A DNA stretch of 63,379 nt, filler included, from Octopus bimaculoides (GCF_001194135.2; 5 parts of 5 records of this genome joined end to end with filler, not necessarily neighbours in it), one strand, 5' to 3'. Positions 38,744-52,134 are shown, counted from the whole stretch's first letter. Numbers and translations are program-made. The notes: generated by a model from the letters alone, not told the origin.

Positions 38744-39559
38744 CATCTATCTATCTATCTACCTATCTATCTAACAATCTGTCTATCTATCTTCTATACT
38801 ATTGCTATAGTTTTGCTGAAACAAAATTAACTCTTTTCATATGGTTCGGTTAGTTATCATTTTCCCTTTTATTACCCATTGTTAACGTGAATATATCGCA
38901 GATATTATCGTTGTACGTACATTCTCATAAACACAAACACACCTACACTCATGCTCACGAAGACATTCTCCCACTCAAAAAACTTAGTCATAATGTGTGC
39001 TTGACTGTGTGCGTAGGTATATGCGAGTGTGCGAAGGTACGTATACATTATGTATTGAAATATTTTATATCCCGTTCGTTTGAGTAACTGTATACGTGTA
39101 TCCAATCTATCTTAAATATGTACTCATGAACACATAATGTGTGGAGGTGCGTGCACATGCATCTGTGTACATATATGTATCGCTCTGTGTATGTGGCTCA
39201 GTGTGTTTATATATATATATATATATATNNNNNNNNNNNNNNNNNNNNNNNNNNNNNNNNNNNNNNNNNNNNNNNNNNNNNNNNNNNNNNNNNNNNNNNN
39301 NNNNNNNNNNNNNNNNNNNNNNNNNNNNNNNNNNNNNNNNNNNNNNNNNNNNNNNNNNNNNNNNNNNNNNNNNNNNNNNNNNNNNNNNNNNNNNNNNNNN
39401 NNNNNNNNNNNNNNNNNNNNNNNNNNNNNNNNNNNNNNNNNNNNNNNNNNNNNNNNNNNNNNNNNNNNNNNNNNNNNNNNNNNNNNNNNNNNNNNNNNNN
39501 NNNNNNNNNNNNNNNNNNNNNNNNNNNNNNNNNNNNNNNNNNNNNNNNTATATATGTAT

Positions 39560-39790
39560 GTGTGTATGTATGTATGCGTCTGTATTTATCCCCCTCACCA
39601 TCGCTTGACAAGAGATGCTGGTGTGTTTACGCCTCCGTAATTTTGCGGTTCGGCAAAAAAGACCGATAGCACAAGTACTAAGCTTACAAAGAATAAGTCC
39701 TGGGTCGATTTCTTCGACTGAAGACGTTACTACAGCATGGCCGCAGTCAAGTGACTGAAACAAGTAAAAGAATAAAAGAATAAAGAATAT
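39560..39790 (+). mobile_element. SINE family A 3' half, following an N gap
   Basis: catcgcttgacaagagatgctggtgtgtttacg..gcatggccgcagtcaa..aaaagaataaaagaat. Confidence 0.88.
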
Positions 39791-39959
39791 ATATGTAGGC
39801 GCGTCTGTGTTTATATATTTGTATACATACATGTTCTGACTTCAGTATTACTCATTGCATGTAGAATTATTTTCATACAGAAGCAGACGCACGTTGCAAG
39901 TCAATCTATCTATTTATCTATCTATCTATCTATCTAGCTATCTATCTGAACTTTTACTT

Positions 39960-40140
39960 TTTTAGCCAATGGATTGCGGTCGTGCTGGGACAACACCTTG
40001 AGGTCTTTTAAGTAAATGAATCGACCCAGTACTTACTCATCAAAGACTGCTATTTATTCCATCTGTATCTTTTTCCGAACAGCTACGTCACAGTGATATA
40101 AAGAAACTAACACCGATTGCCAATCGTAGGTGGGGCACAC
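39960..40140 (-). mobile_element. SINE family A 3' half, degenerate
   Basis: gattgcggtcgtgctgg..atcgacccagtactta..aacaccgattg is the reverse complement of the family A tail. Confidence 0.6.
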
Positions 40141-40370
40141 CTACAAACACACACATACACACTCACACACACAAACACACACGCACACACACTCGCGCCC
40201 GCGCCCGCGCCCGCGTACATGGACTTTTTCGTATAAGCGAAGGTAAAGGTATTCATGGAATATTTAAAACATGGGTATAAAAGTGTAATACGTTTTCACT
40301 GCTGTTTCCTGTGCCCGTCCTCTTCATACATGGAATTACACATATATGCTTGCAGCCAGTACACACACAC

Positions 40371-40403
40371 ACGCACGCATGGACGCACGCACGCACGCAC
40401 GTA

Positions 40404-40443
<40 letters not shown>
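40371..40443. repeat. (ACGC)n microsatellite
   Basis: Direct reading. Confidence 0.95.
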
Positions 40444-40936
40444 GACACACACATACATACATACATGGAAAGAAGCCGACAGACAAACAGAAGAACAGAT
40501 AAATAAACAGATAGATAGAACGATGGAGTGATATATATATATATAAGACATGCAGTGTAAGAGGGAGATGAGTAGATAGTTTAAGGAAAACGGATAGTGT
40601 GAAATAGCTCATGTTAGACGGAGAGGGAGAGAGGTAGGCAAAGGAAGAGGGAGAGATAGGTAGATAGCGATAGAGAGAGAAAGGGAAGACGTGAAGTATA
40701 AGTACCTGCATGGATGTATGTATGTGTGTAGTATGAAGTGAGGTGAAAGAGAGTGAGAGAGAAAGTGTGTGAGGGGAAGAAAAAGGAAAGTCGTAGCAAA
40801 GTCGAAGCCAGATTAGAACATAACAAGACGGCAATGGAAGTATGTTTAAGAGCATTACCATAATGGTTGAGGAGTAGTCGGAGTATGAATTACAGGGTGG
40901 CGGGGCTAAGACTTGCTTCCCTATCCCAACCCTATG

Positions 40937-40988
<52 letters not shown>

Positions 40989-41220
40989 CATGCATATGCG
41001 TGTCTTTGTGTCTATTTTTAGATACGTCTTTAATACTGCACAGTCGTCTGTAAATGGAACGTGTGTGCATCAATTTATGCATGTGTGAACGCATGCTTTC
41101 GTGATGGTATGCATCTACCTGTCTATCAATTTATCTTTCTGTCTGTCTGTCCGTCTGTTCGTCTATCTATCTATCTATGATAATAATGATAATGATAATA
41201 ATAACAACAACAATAACAAA

Positions 41221-41296
<76 letters not shown>

Positions 41297-41299
<3 letters not shown>

Positions 41300-41444
41300 G
41301 CACTACTGGGTACTGCACACATCCTACGCAAAACGCTTTCAATATAGTAAACATAAGAGCACCACAGCAAACCACAGCACATACCCAAGGCGCACAGAGC
41401 TGCGCTCGGTAGTGAAGTGAAAGCACGTTATAAAAATAAAACTA

Positions 41445-41447
<3 letters not shown>
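41297..41447 (+). mobile_element. 5'-truncated 151-bp copy of the R4/Dong-like LINE, embedded in (TAA)n
   Basis: Matches the reverse complement of 47938-48090 (ALLGTAHILRKTLSI* plus 3' UTR); (AAT)n lies on both sides (41178-41296 and 41448-41513). Confidence 0.92.
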
Positions 41448-41514
<67 letters not shown>

Positions 41515-41530
41515 GATAGATAGATAGAGA

Positions 41531-41812
41531 GAGAGATGAGTTCTTAACTTTTGTATACGTTTGCCGCAATCGATCACTAAGGTAAACATAGCTCACGTAA
41601 TCCATCACCACGGCCAACTCAATGACGAAAAGCGCAACTCGAAAATAACTTATTTATTGGTCCTTTCAACAACAATATTTCGGCATCTCGTGTGCCTTCA
41701 ACAGGTTCAAAATAAAATAAATGTCAGTCTAATTCATTTTTTAGTTTATATAAAGGACCGGTAACTCAGCTGAAATGTAATAGATAGAGAGATGAGTTCT
41801 TAACTTTTGTAT
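41531..41812 (-). repeat. 256-bp unit with a 26-bp terminal redundancy and a minus-strand hammerhead-like motif; homologous to the 24021 unit
   Basis: gagagatgagttcttaacttttgtat at 41531 and 41787. Motif at 41671-41707: aac CTGTTGA a ggca-cacgaga-tgcc GAAA t-a T T gtt. Confidence 0.7.
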
Positions 41813-42401
41813 CGTCTTTATGTTTTCGTTTCTCATTGTGTTTAACGTTTTTTGTGATGTCCTGTAATCATATATGCTTGTATGTATATATATAGATGTC
41901 GGTATGTACATATGTGTATGGATATATGAATATAATTATATATTATTTATGCTATTAGATATATGTATATATATATATATGTATATATATNNNNNNNNNN
42001 NNNNNNNNNNNNNNNNNNNNNNNNNNNNNNNNNNNNNNNNNNNNNNNNNNNNNNNNNNNNNNNNNNNNNNNNNNNNNNNNNNNNNNNNNNNNNNNNNNNN
42101 NNNNNNNNNNNNNNNNNNNNNNNNNNNNNNNNNNNNNNNNNNNNNNNNNNNNNNNNNNNNNNNNNNNNNNNAAAAAAAACATTAAAAAATATTTTTTGAC
42201 TTATCTCAGCAAGACATAGACAAATCTCCTGTAATGGTGTTTACAATCTAAAACAACACAGACAACAGGGACTAAAATCAATAAAACCAATTCATAGAGA
42301 AATTAAAAAAATATAGGTAGTGTATTGTGGGTAAAGGTGTCAATCTTAAGCCTACTGGTGAAAATGCCGAGTTGGCAGATGTAAAATAATCGATGTATGT
42401 A

Positions 42402-42441
<40 letters not shown>

Positions 42442-43592
42442 TGTAAATTTACTCTGTTACTCTTTCATATCCCTGGACAAGAGTAATGCTGGAACACCTT
42501 GAAAAGTTTATCTTGAGTATGATATTTTTACTACTAGTTTCTATATGTGGAACTGTTGGAATATGGAAAACCAAAGGGAACAATGCCAGTTGTCATGCGG
42601 TAACAGATTTAGGTAAGCACAAATATGCGCATCCATACAGAAACACAAATAATAAAATATATCTATACATGCGTAAGTTCATGTATGTATGTATGTATGT
42701 ATGTATGTATATATATATATATATATATATACTTTTTGTTACTTCACTAAATTCCTTTGAGAACTATCCGGTCTTAGTAGACACATGACATGTGATCTTT
42801 TTCTAGCACATAAGCAGTCCACCTACTAGCCTCCTTTATATATATATNNNNNNNNNNNNNNNNNNNNNNNNNNNNNNNNNNNNNNNNNNNNTTAATTAAT
42901 TAANNNNNNNNNNNNNNNNNNNNNNNNNNNNNNNNNNNNNNNNNNNNTTTTTTTTTTTTTTGTATCTGTAAGAACGTTAATCGCGAAGATTAAACTCCAT
43001 CCATTTGATTTCCGAGTTTATTGATAAAGCAGAGACCCTTCATATTATTGATAAAAACCATTCAAATCCTGCGATGCTTGTGTGTGCAAAGGAACTTCTT
43101 GGAAAGAAAACTGATTTCTTTTCTCGAGAAACTTTTAAACGAAGGCATGAAATGTCGGAGCGTCTATCTGAGCAACAAGCAGAAATTTTACTTTTCATTG
43201 CAAAATCGATGAAACTACTATTCATAATTAGAATGCGTTTGTGAATAGCTCCATGAAACAGAAACGCATCCCACAAACTATTCTACAGCATTAGCACAAA
43301 TCTTCATAGATCCATGGATATAATCTCGGATGATAATTATCATACAGTACGAGACAATCAATTAAGGATTCAACATTTAAATCCCACCACCCTCACTACA
43401 ATTTGCGTATGTCAAGAGGAGAGAGACGCCTTTGTGTGACAATCAAAAATCATTCACAACGGCTTTAGCCACGTCAGATAGTGACATTCAATAGATTAAA
43501 CATAAACAGTGACAGACTCATTGAATTAACTGTAAAACATTCTGCTATGGCACGTGGGTGGACATTGTCTCATAATACTCATAATCAAAACG

Positions 43593-43763
43593 CAGTAGCG
43601 TAGCTGGGGGCGATGGTGCGAGGGCGATCTTCCCCCGGGCCACACTTTGATGGTGGTGGTTGGGGGCACTTAAGGGGCCTGCCGTATAAGCTTGGGGGCT
43701 CAGGAGGGGAGCATCAAATTCAAGGGCTATCACGAGCGGCAATACACTCTAGGTATACCACTG
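43593..43763 (+). mobile_element. hAT-type MITE with a degenerate TIR and 8-bp TSD
   Basis: Ends cagtagcgtagct and aggtataccactg (9 of 13 inverted match); flanks tcaaaacg and tgaaaaca (6 of 8). Confidence 0.65.
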
Positions 43764-44164
43764 TGAAAACATATATTTGGTTTATATACATGAGCAACCT
43801 CTGAAAGATGCTAATCCTAGGTTTCTCAAATGACATAACTGGACTAACTAGCTTCAATGAAGAGAAAGAGTACTTGGAAGGTAAGAGCATGCTATTGAAA
43901 AAATTGATTCAACTTATTTGAAACGGTGAAGATACAATGAAAGAAATTGTGCCACATGCTCGTACATGTATGTGCATTGTATTTTTCATTGACAGCCAGA
44001 GGCACGAAAACAATTTGACAGTAACGTGGGGCAAGGCGACCCTTTCTCTGATGGGCTTTGTAATTCATTTTATGAAAGTTCATGTTTTTAATGATAGAAT
44101 TTTAAAGTACAAACTTGTGACGATGACGAAAATATTTGCACTGTTTGATTGGTGATGCCAACGA

Positions 44165-44379
44165 GTGATGGTGGCAGTGGTGATGATGATGATGATGATG
44201 TTGATGATGACGACGACGACAAAAACATCCATGAAGGTGATAATTAAGACAACAATAATGACAGCAACGGCAGCGTTGACGATATTGATGAGGAGGTGGA
44301 GAGATGACGCGGGTGAAGATGAAGACGAAGATAATGACTATGCCGGTAATGAGTATGATGATTATGATTATAATGACAA
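44165..44379. repeat. Degenerate (GAT/GAC)n trinucleotide tract
   Basis: Direct reading. Confidence 0.85.
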
Positions 44380-45204
44380 NNNNNNNNNNNNNNNNNNNNN
44401 NNNNNNNNNNNNNNNNNNNNNNNNNNNNNNNNNNNNNNNNNNNNNNNNNNNNNNNNNNNNNNNNNNNNNNNNNNNNNNNNNNNNNNNNNNNNNNNNNNNN
44501 NNNNNNNNNNNNNNNNNNNNNNNNNNNNNNNNNNNNNNNNNNNNNNNNNNNNNNNNNNNNNNNNNNNNNNNNNNNNNNNNNNNNNNNNNNNNNNNNNNNN
44601 NNNNNNNNNNNNNNNNNNNNNNNNNNNNNNNNNNNNNNNNNNNNNNNNNNNNNNNNNNNNNNNNNNNNNNNNNNNNNNNNNNNNNNNNNNNNNNNNNNNN
44701 NNNNNNNNNNNNNNNNNNNNNNNNNNNNNNNNNNNNNNNNNNNNNNNNGGCTAGTTAAATATCATAAGCTTCAATTGCTAATTGTTTACTATGAGTTATC
44801 CTTACCCACAAACCTAGCTTTCTACATTAAAACCTCGGAGGGTTGGATGAAATGATTTACATTGCTTCTGGTTTGTTGTTCCTCACAAATAAACAGTTTG
44901 GCTAAGCGGCGCCGAAAATCTGCGAATACAAAACCGTACGCATCTGCTTTGAATCGGATAGCATGCAGTGAAGATTGAGGTATGGATTCAATACCACTGC
45001 TTTGTCTCCGTCATCTGCACCTATCTAACAGTATTCCCACCATTTCTTTTTTTTTTTTTTGGTGGGGGGTTTCAGAATACGTGCTCTAGTGTTTGTTCAC
45101 TCAACATTTCAACGTCCAGACTTCACTTCTAAACACACTGTCTTTCTAGACATAATAAGGCAACCAAACTTATGATGTGTGTGAGGGAGGATGTAAATTC
45201 AATT

Positions 45205-45553
45205 TGTGGCCATAGAGCTTGTTTCCCGACCACATGGTTCCGGGTTCAGTCCCACTGCATGGCACTTTGGGCAAGTGTCTTCTACTATAACCTCGGGTCG
45301 ACCAAAGCCGTGTGAGTGGATTTGGTAGACGGAAACTGAAAGAAGCCCGTCATGTGTGTGTGTGTGCCCCTTGACAACCAGTGTTGATGTGTTTACGTTC
45401 CTGTAACTTTTCGTTTCAGCAAAAGAAATTTATTGAATAAGTACTTGGTTTTAAAAAATAAGCCCTTAAAATAAATTGATTTGTTCGACTAAAACCCTTC
45501 AAGGCGGTGCACCAGCATGGCCGCAGTCAAATGACTGAAACAAGTAAAAGAAC
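45205..45553 (+). mobile_element. SINE family A, near full length
   Basis: B-box ggttcagtccc, core ggcactttgggcaagtgtc, tail gactgaaacaagtaaaag. Confidence 0.9.
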
Positions 45554-46469
45554 NNNNNNNNNNNNNNNNNNNNNNNNNNNNNNNNNNNNNNNNNNNNNNN
45601 NNNNNNNNNNNNNNNNNNNNNNNNNNNNNNNNNNNNNNNNNNNNNNNNNNNNNNNNNNNNNNNNNNNNNNNNNNNNNNNNNNNNNNNNNNNNNNNNNNNN
45701 NNNNNNNNNNNNNNNNNNNNNNNNNNNNNNNNNNNNNNNNNNNNNNNNNNNNNNNNNNNNNNNNNNNNNNNNNNNNNNNNNNNNNNNNNNNNNNNNNNNN
45801 NNNNNNNNNNNNNNNNNNNNNNNNNNNNNNNNNNNNNNNNNNNNNNNNNNNNNNNNNNNNNNNNNNNNNNNNNNNNNNNNNNNNNNNNNNNNNNNNNNNN
45901 NNNNNNNNNNNNNNNNNNNNNNNNNNNNNNNNNNNNNNNNNNNNNNNNNNNNNNNNNNNNNNNNNNNNNNNNNNNNNNNNNNNNNNNNNNNNNNNNNNNN
46001 NNNNNNNNNNNNNNNNNNNNNNNNNNNNNNNNNNNNNNNNNNNNNNNNNNNNNNNNNNNNNNNNNNNNNNNNNNNNNNNNNNNNNNNNNNNNNNNNNNNN
46101 NNNNNNNNNNNNNNNNNNNNNNNNNNNNNNNNNNNNNNNNNNNNNNNNNNNNNNNNNNNNNNNNNNNNNNNNNNNNNNNNNNNNNNNNNNNNNNNNNNNN
46201 NNNNNNNNNNNNNNNNNNNNNNNNNNNNNNNNNNNNNNNNNNNNNNNNNNNNNNNNNNNNNNNNNNNNNNNNNNNNNNNNNNNNNNNNNNNNNNNNNNNN
46301 NNNNNNNNNNNNNNNNNNNNNNNNNNNNNNNNNNNNNNNNNNNNNNNNNNNNNNNNNNNNNNNNNNNNNNNNNNNNNNNNNNNNNNNNNNNNNNNNNNNN
46401 NNNNNNNNNNNNNNNNNNNNNNNNNNNNNNNNNNNNNNNNNNNNNNNNNNNNNNNNNNNNNNNNNNNNN

Positions 46470-46764
46470 GTATTGTGGTGTGCGAGGTTGAACGTACTGA
46501 AGACAAATACTTCCTCGTCGGCCAAACCCTCATCAACTTTTTCAGATTCCACTTGAAAAGGAAAGTGTGGGTGGAGAGGGAAGTACTGCCCGCCAGTATT
46601 TTTGCTGGAAGGTGAGTGAATGTTGTGAGGATGGCCTGCGTGAATGGGCCTACTCTGATCATACGCTTGTAAGCCGGAGGCGGAGCTGAGAAGGAGCGAG
46701 ATACCTACTGAGGTGCCTCTTGCGGTCGGGTTAACCAGGATGTCTGGGATTCCTTGGTTGACCG
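46470..46764 (+). mobile_element. Tx1/L1-clade LINE ORF2 C-terminus and 3' UTR
   Basis: VLWCARLNVLKT then (frameshift) FLVGQTLINFFRFHLKRKVWVEREVL..F; homologous to 55990-56350 and 56615-56990. Clade call rests on the W-x-x-R..F..W C-terminal pattern. Confidence 0.65.
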
Positions 46765-47838
46765 TCATGTCAATTAACAGGCATGTTTTTTTTTTTGTTT
46801 TAGGTCTTTGATGATGATGTTTGATCTGTTATCATTTATTTACCTGTCTGTATATATTCCATAATCCCATAGTATGATTACATTCTTTCCCTCAGTGACT
46901 GGCTCTGGATGGTGATCATACCAGTTCTTAGGGTACGGAATACCATAGTGGCGGCATACGTTCCAGTGCAAGTATTGGCCAACTCGATCATGCCTGGTTT
47001 TATATTCTATAGGGGCAAGGACTAAGCAACAGGTCAATACTCTCAAGTTTGTCATTTCAGAGTCTACACTTTGTGTCCACCTCATTGTGCGTGACATTAA
47101 CTTGATAGTTCCGGGTGAGGAGACTCTGGTCTTGAGCTGCTAGGATGAATCCTTCTGTTTCAGCTTTCAAGCCACTGATGGGTTCTTCTTATGTCTATAT
47201 CAGCTTTTCCAGCTCGTATGGAGTATTACCCATGCAATGGTTTTTCTTTCCACAGTCTTGATATTTCCTTCAAGCTTTCCTGTTTTGCTTTTGTTTTACA
47301 CTTTTTTTGCTGCCTTAGTGGGTGGTGTGTCCTCCTTATCATCATCATAATCAGGAAAGTTAAGCTCCCGTCTGTATTTATATGCCTCCTTTGAAACTGA
47401 GCGCAGTTTCTTAATCTGTTCATATTGCCTTACCAGCTGTATCATCCAGTCGGTGTTACTTTGGATGTACACTTGAAGTCCTATCGTCATCGTTTTATAG
47501 TATGTTTCAACCTGGATTAAGCCTCTGCCGCCTTTCTTTCGTGGAAGATAGAGCCGGTGGACACTTGATTTTGAGTGGTGCATCCTGTTTAGTGTGAATA
47601 GTTTCCTGGTCTTTATATCCATACGCTGGAGATCGCTCAGATTCCAATTGATGACATCAAGGCTATACTGGATAACTGGTACCCCCAAGGAATTTATAGC
47701 TGCAGTTCTATTGAGAGTTCAGCTCAGTATTCAGGCCTAGTCTAACGCATCTATAATACTCTTTCCTGATCTTCTCTTTCATTGATCCGTATTGAATCCC
47801 TTTCCCTTCGCGTACCCCAAGATACTTATAGAATTATG
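46765..47838 (-). mobile_element. R4/Dong-like RLE LINE copy 1 (5'-truncated at YKYLG, interrupted within the RLE)
   Basis: YKYLG; MHHSKSSVHRLYLPRKKGGRGL; AETEGFILAAQDQ; EYKTRHDRVGQYLHW; LWDYGIYTDR; TCLLIDMTV. Confidence 0.92.
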
Positions 47839-47839
47839 G

Positions 47840-47862
47840 TTATTGTTGTTGTTGTTGTTATC

Positions 47863-47937
<75 letters not shown>
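47840..47937. repeat. (TTA)n/(TTG)n tract shared by two tandem LINE copies
   Basis: Direct reading. Confidence 0.97.
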
Positions 47938-47938
<1 letters not shown>

Positions 47939-50886
47939 CATGGTCTTATTTTTATCATGTGCTTTCACTGCATTACCGAGCGCAACTCTGTGTGCCTTGG
48001 GTATGTGCTGTGGTTTGTAGTGATGCTCTTATTTTTACTGTATTGAAAGCATTTTACGTAGGATGTGTGCGGTGCCTAGAAGTGCTATTTTCTGTATTTT
48101 ATATATACTTGTTAGTCCTGATGTTTTTGTTATGTATTTGTTTGAATATTATTTTATCATACCTAATGCGCCTACTATGATAAGAATTGTTTCTGTTTTT
48201 AGATTCCACATTCGAGTAACCTCTATTTCCAGGTCTTTGCATTTTGAAAGTTTCTTTTAGAGAAACATTGTCATCTGTTGGTATTGATACATCAACTAGA
48301 AAACTTTTTTTGTTGTTTTTTTTTATGATCTCTGACAACTATATCCAGCGTATTGGCCTTAATTTCTCTGTCTGTGTGTATTGGCATATCCCAGAGTATG
48401 GTTGCTTTCATATTTTCTGTGACCTTTTCTGGCGTGTGCCTATGCCATCGTTTTTCTGTTGCTATTCCATAGTGTTGGTACAGCTTCCAGTGTATATGAG
48501 TCCCAACTCTGTTGTGTCTGTGAATATATTTCTTCTTAGCCAGGATTGGGTAGTCAGAGACAATATGATTTATTGTTTCTTGTCCATCTCTACATATTCT
48601 GCAGTCACTTGTATTTCCTTTCATTACACATTTTTGGTAATCTCTGGTGGGGAAGATTTGGTCTTGTGCAGCAATTAAAAATCATTCAGTCTCTGCTTTA
48701 AGTTATGAGCTTCTCAGCCATTGTTGGTATTTTGCTTTGTTTAGTTTAATCCAGTATTTTCCATGAAGGGTCTTTTCTTGCCATCGTTTTATCATGATCC
48801 GTTTCTGTTCCAGCTTTAGTCTGTATTTCAGTTGTTTTACAGCTTTTGTTGTTTCTTCTTTTTTTTTCTTCAAAGTTGTTAGGTACTATGACTTCTTTTT
48901 TTGTATTTGTCAGCTTCCTTAAGAACTGAAAACAGTTTTTTGTTTTGTTCGTGTTTTGTGCCTATTTGTATTAGTTTTCCTTGCTTCTGAAGTAAGTATT
49001 TCTGTAGTCCGATGGTGGTTATTTTGTGATAAATTGTTTAGTTGTATAAGGCCTCTACCACCTTCTATGCGTTGTACATATAACCTTTCTATGTCAGATT
49101 TTGGGTGGTACATCTTAAATCCTGTCATTATTTTTCTTGTTTTCCTGTCTATTTTGATTAGTTTATTTAGAGTTCGGTTAAGAATATTGTAGCAGTAACT
49201 TATAACTGGGACGGCTATAGTGTTGATACCTATTACCTTGTTTTTCGCATTGAGCTCTGTTTTCAGTATTAATCTAACTCGTCTGTAGTATTCTTCTCTT
49301 TCATTTGTGTGTGTTATATCATATCTAGTTCATTGATTCCTAAGTATTTGTATGTCTGGCTTTGGTCTAATTCTCTTATTTCCTTGTGTGATGTTCCTAC
49401 TCTTAACTAGTTTTCTTCTTTTCAAGGTTGCTTTGGCACATTTTTCTAAGCCAAATTTCATGTTTATTTCTTTGGTAAATCCATGTTCTATCTGTAGTAA
49501 TGTTTCTAGCTGTATTTCATTTGTAGCGTACAATTTTAGATCATCTATATATAAGAGGTGGCTTTTTGCTTTGCCGTAAGAGTTGTATCCACATCCAGTT
49601 TTGTTTAACATGTCAGATAAAGGTGTCAGTGCTAAGTAGAAAAGGAGTGGAGAGAGTGTGTCACCTTGGAATATTTCTCTTCTAATGGAGACGGTTTAGG
49701 TTTTCATGAGACCCTCTTTTGTCTGGAGCTGTAACGCTGTCTACCATTTATTCATGGAATGTTTTGTATATTCTATGATAATTGGTGCTATCTTGTTCAT
49801 GGCTAGTGTTTCTAGGATCCATATGTGGGAAATACTATCAAAAGCCTTTCAGTAATCGATCCAGACTATATTTAAACCCTTCTTCTTTCTCTGGCTGTCT
49901 TCAGTTATGGCTTTATTGATCAGTAGCTGATCTTTACAACCATATGAGCCCTTGCAGCATCCCTTCTGCTCTTCTGGAAACAGGTTGTTTTCTTTCAGAT
50001 GCTTGCTGATTCTCTGCGATATTATTGCAGTAAACGCTTTGAAGATTGTAGAGAGACAAGTTATCGCTCTGTAATTTTGTGGGTTTGCCGTTTCAGTGGA
50101 TTTGGGAATTGGGATAATTTTCCCTTCTGTAAGCCATTCAGACATTGTCTCTGGCTCTGCTAGTATTTCATTAAATTTCTCAGCCAGTTTTTTATGTGTT
50201 CCTGTTAGGTATTTTAACCAGAAGTTGGGGATCTTGTCGTGCCCGGTGCCTTCCAGTTGCTTAGTTTTTGCAGTGCCTGGTTCAGCTTTTCAGTTGTTAT
50301 AGGGGTCCAGAGTTGTTTAGCTGCTGTGTTTGTTGTTTTGTTAGACATTTTCTGAGGTTGTTCCTTCGCTGACCATATTTCTTTCCAAAATTCTTCCACT
50401 TCTTCTGCTGTTAGTACTGCATTGATCTCTATTTCATTTTTTGCCAAGTTCTTGGAAGAATCTTTTGGGTTGGAGATGAACTATCTTTTTTATTCAAAGA
50501 AACTTTGACGTTTCTCATACTGACGGATTTGGCGAGGATACCTTGCATTGGCTGTTCTTTTACCTCAAGTATAATTTGTTCTGTAATGTTATATATACGT
50601 AGTATTTTTCTTCTCTCGTTGTTTAGTAGTGCTGGTTGTCTACTAGTTTCATTAAGGATTGACAGATCCTTTCTCTTATTTTCTATTTTTCTTTCTAGAT
50701 ATTATTTATCCACAGGGTTTGTTTGGGTGGTGATACTCCTGTTTGGATGAGTTTGAAGGGATATTCATCTTCTTTTGTTGTTTTGTTGTGTCTGGAGAGA
50801 GTCATATTGTCTTGATACCTTATCATCTAATACACTCACCGGTTCGATTTCCACTCTTTTATTATTTATATATTTTTCTTCCCAAA
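47938..50886 (-). mobile_element. R4/Dong-like RLE LINE copy 2, about 2.9 kb, with decayed RT, CCHC and RLE domains
   Basis: NYRAITCLST, EEQKGC, WIDY/KAFDS, FQGDTLSPLLF, HLLYIDDLKLY, HPKSDIERLY..GGRGL, CRICRDGQETINHIV..RHNRV, VDVSIPTDDNV; many stops and frameshifts; triplet tracts at both ends (47840-47937, 50887-50918). Confidence 0.95.
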
Positions 50887-51304
50887 TTGTTGTTGTTATT
50901 GTTATTATTACTGTTGTTTTGCCCCCAGTCGTCTCTGACCGAGAAAATCCATAATCACAGCAAATCCAATCGTGACAATCCCACCTTTTCAGGGTGTCTA
51001 TGACGATATTATTTAATTTATCATTTTCTCTTTTTCTTTTTTAATTTTTTTTAGGATGCTGGGGGTGTGATTTGACGGAGATTTAACTGCTATTTCTAAC
51101 AAGACAGACGACCACGTTTTGGCTTCCTGGTAGGTTTGTAGTTGTTAAAGTTTACTGTTTCCTTAGTATCGGCTAGTAAGATGGTTTTCTCCCAGTGAGC
51201 CACTTAGACGATGCTTTTCTGGCTGTTTTTATGAATTATTCAATATATTTGCCAGCATTTTATGAGTGTCTGTTAAATATTGATTTTTAATATAAGCATA
51301 TCGG

Positions 51305-51475
51305 CTCGAATTTAGAGGCAGCATACAATCAATTTAATCGCATCCCAATATTTGACTAGTACAGTAGTACAGTAGGCCCTCGGATACATGAAAAGCAAAT
51401 TCGATCTCGACGAGACTTGAACTTGGAACTTAAGGCATTTTGTACAAAGCTCTTGTGATTCCACTAATCCATTGC
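51305..51475 (-). mobile_element. SINE family B, degenerate
   Basis: Reverse complement contains ccaagttcaagtctcgtcgagatcgaatttgcttttcat. Confidence 0.55.
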
Positions 51476-51537
51476 TCTCCACTTTGTTAAATATTTCAGC
51501 AAGTTTAAGACTTTATTCTTTCCTAGTATTGCAGATG

Positions 51538-52055
51538 TTCTCTCTCTCTCTCCCTCCCTCTCTCCTCCCTTCTCTCTCTCACTCTCTCTCTCTCTCACTT
51601 TCTCTCCCCTCTCACTCGTGCCCCTTCTTTCCCTCCCTCTCCTTCTCCCTCCTTCACTCTCTCCCTCCCTCTCTCCCTCTCTCTCTCTCACTATCACTTT
51701 CTCTCTTTCTCTCCCTCTCACTCTTCCCTCTCTCTGTCACTCTTTCCCCTTCTCTCTCTCACTCTTTCCCCTTCTCTCTCTCACTCTTCCCTCTCACTCT
51801 CTCTCCCACTCACTCTCACACTCTCACTCCCTCTCTTTCTCTCCCCTTTCACTCTTCCCCTCTTCTCTCCCTTTCACTCTTCTCTCTCTCACTCTCACTC
51901 TCTCTCACCCTCTCTTTCTCTTCCCTCTCACTCTCACTCTCTCTCCTCTCACTTCCCCTTCTCTCTCACTCTTCCCTTTCTCTATCTCTCTCCCTCTCTC
52001 TTTCTCTCCTCTCTCACTCTTCCCCCTTCTCTCTCACACTCCCCCCCTCTCTCTC
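51538..52055. repeat. About 500-bp polypyrimidine (CT-rich) low-complexity tract
   Basis: Direct reading. Confidence 0.95.
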
Positions 52056-52134
52056 TGCGGTTTCTTGGTTTATTGCCTAAGTTTGTGGCTTCTTATAATA
52101 TTTTCTGCTTTGAACATTCTCATTCAATATTCGA

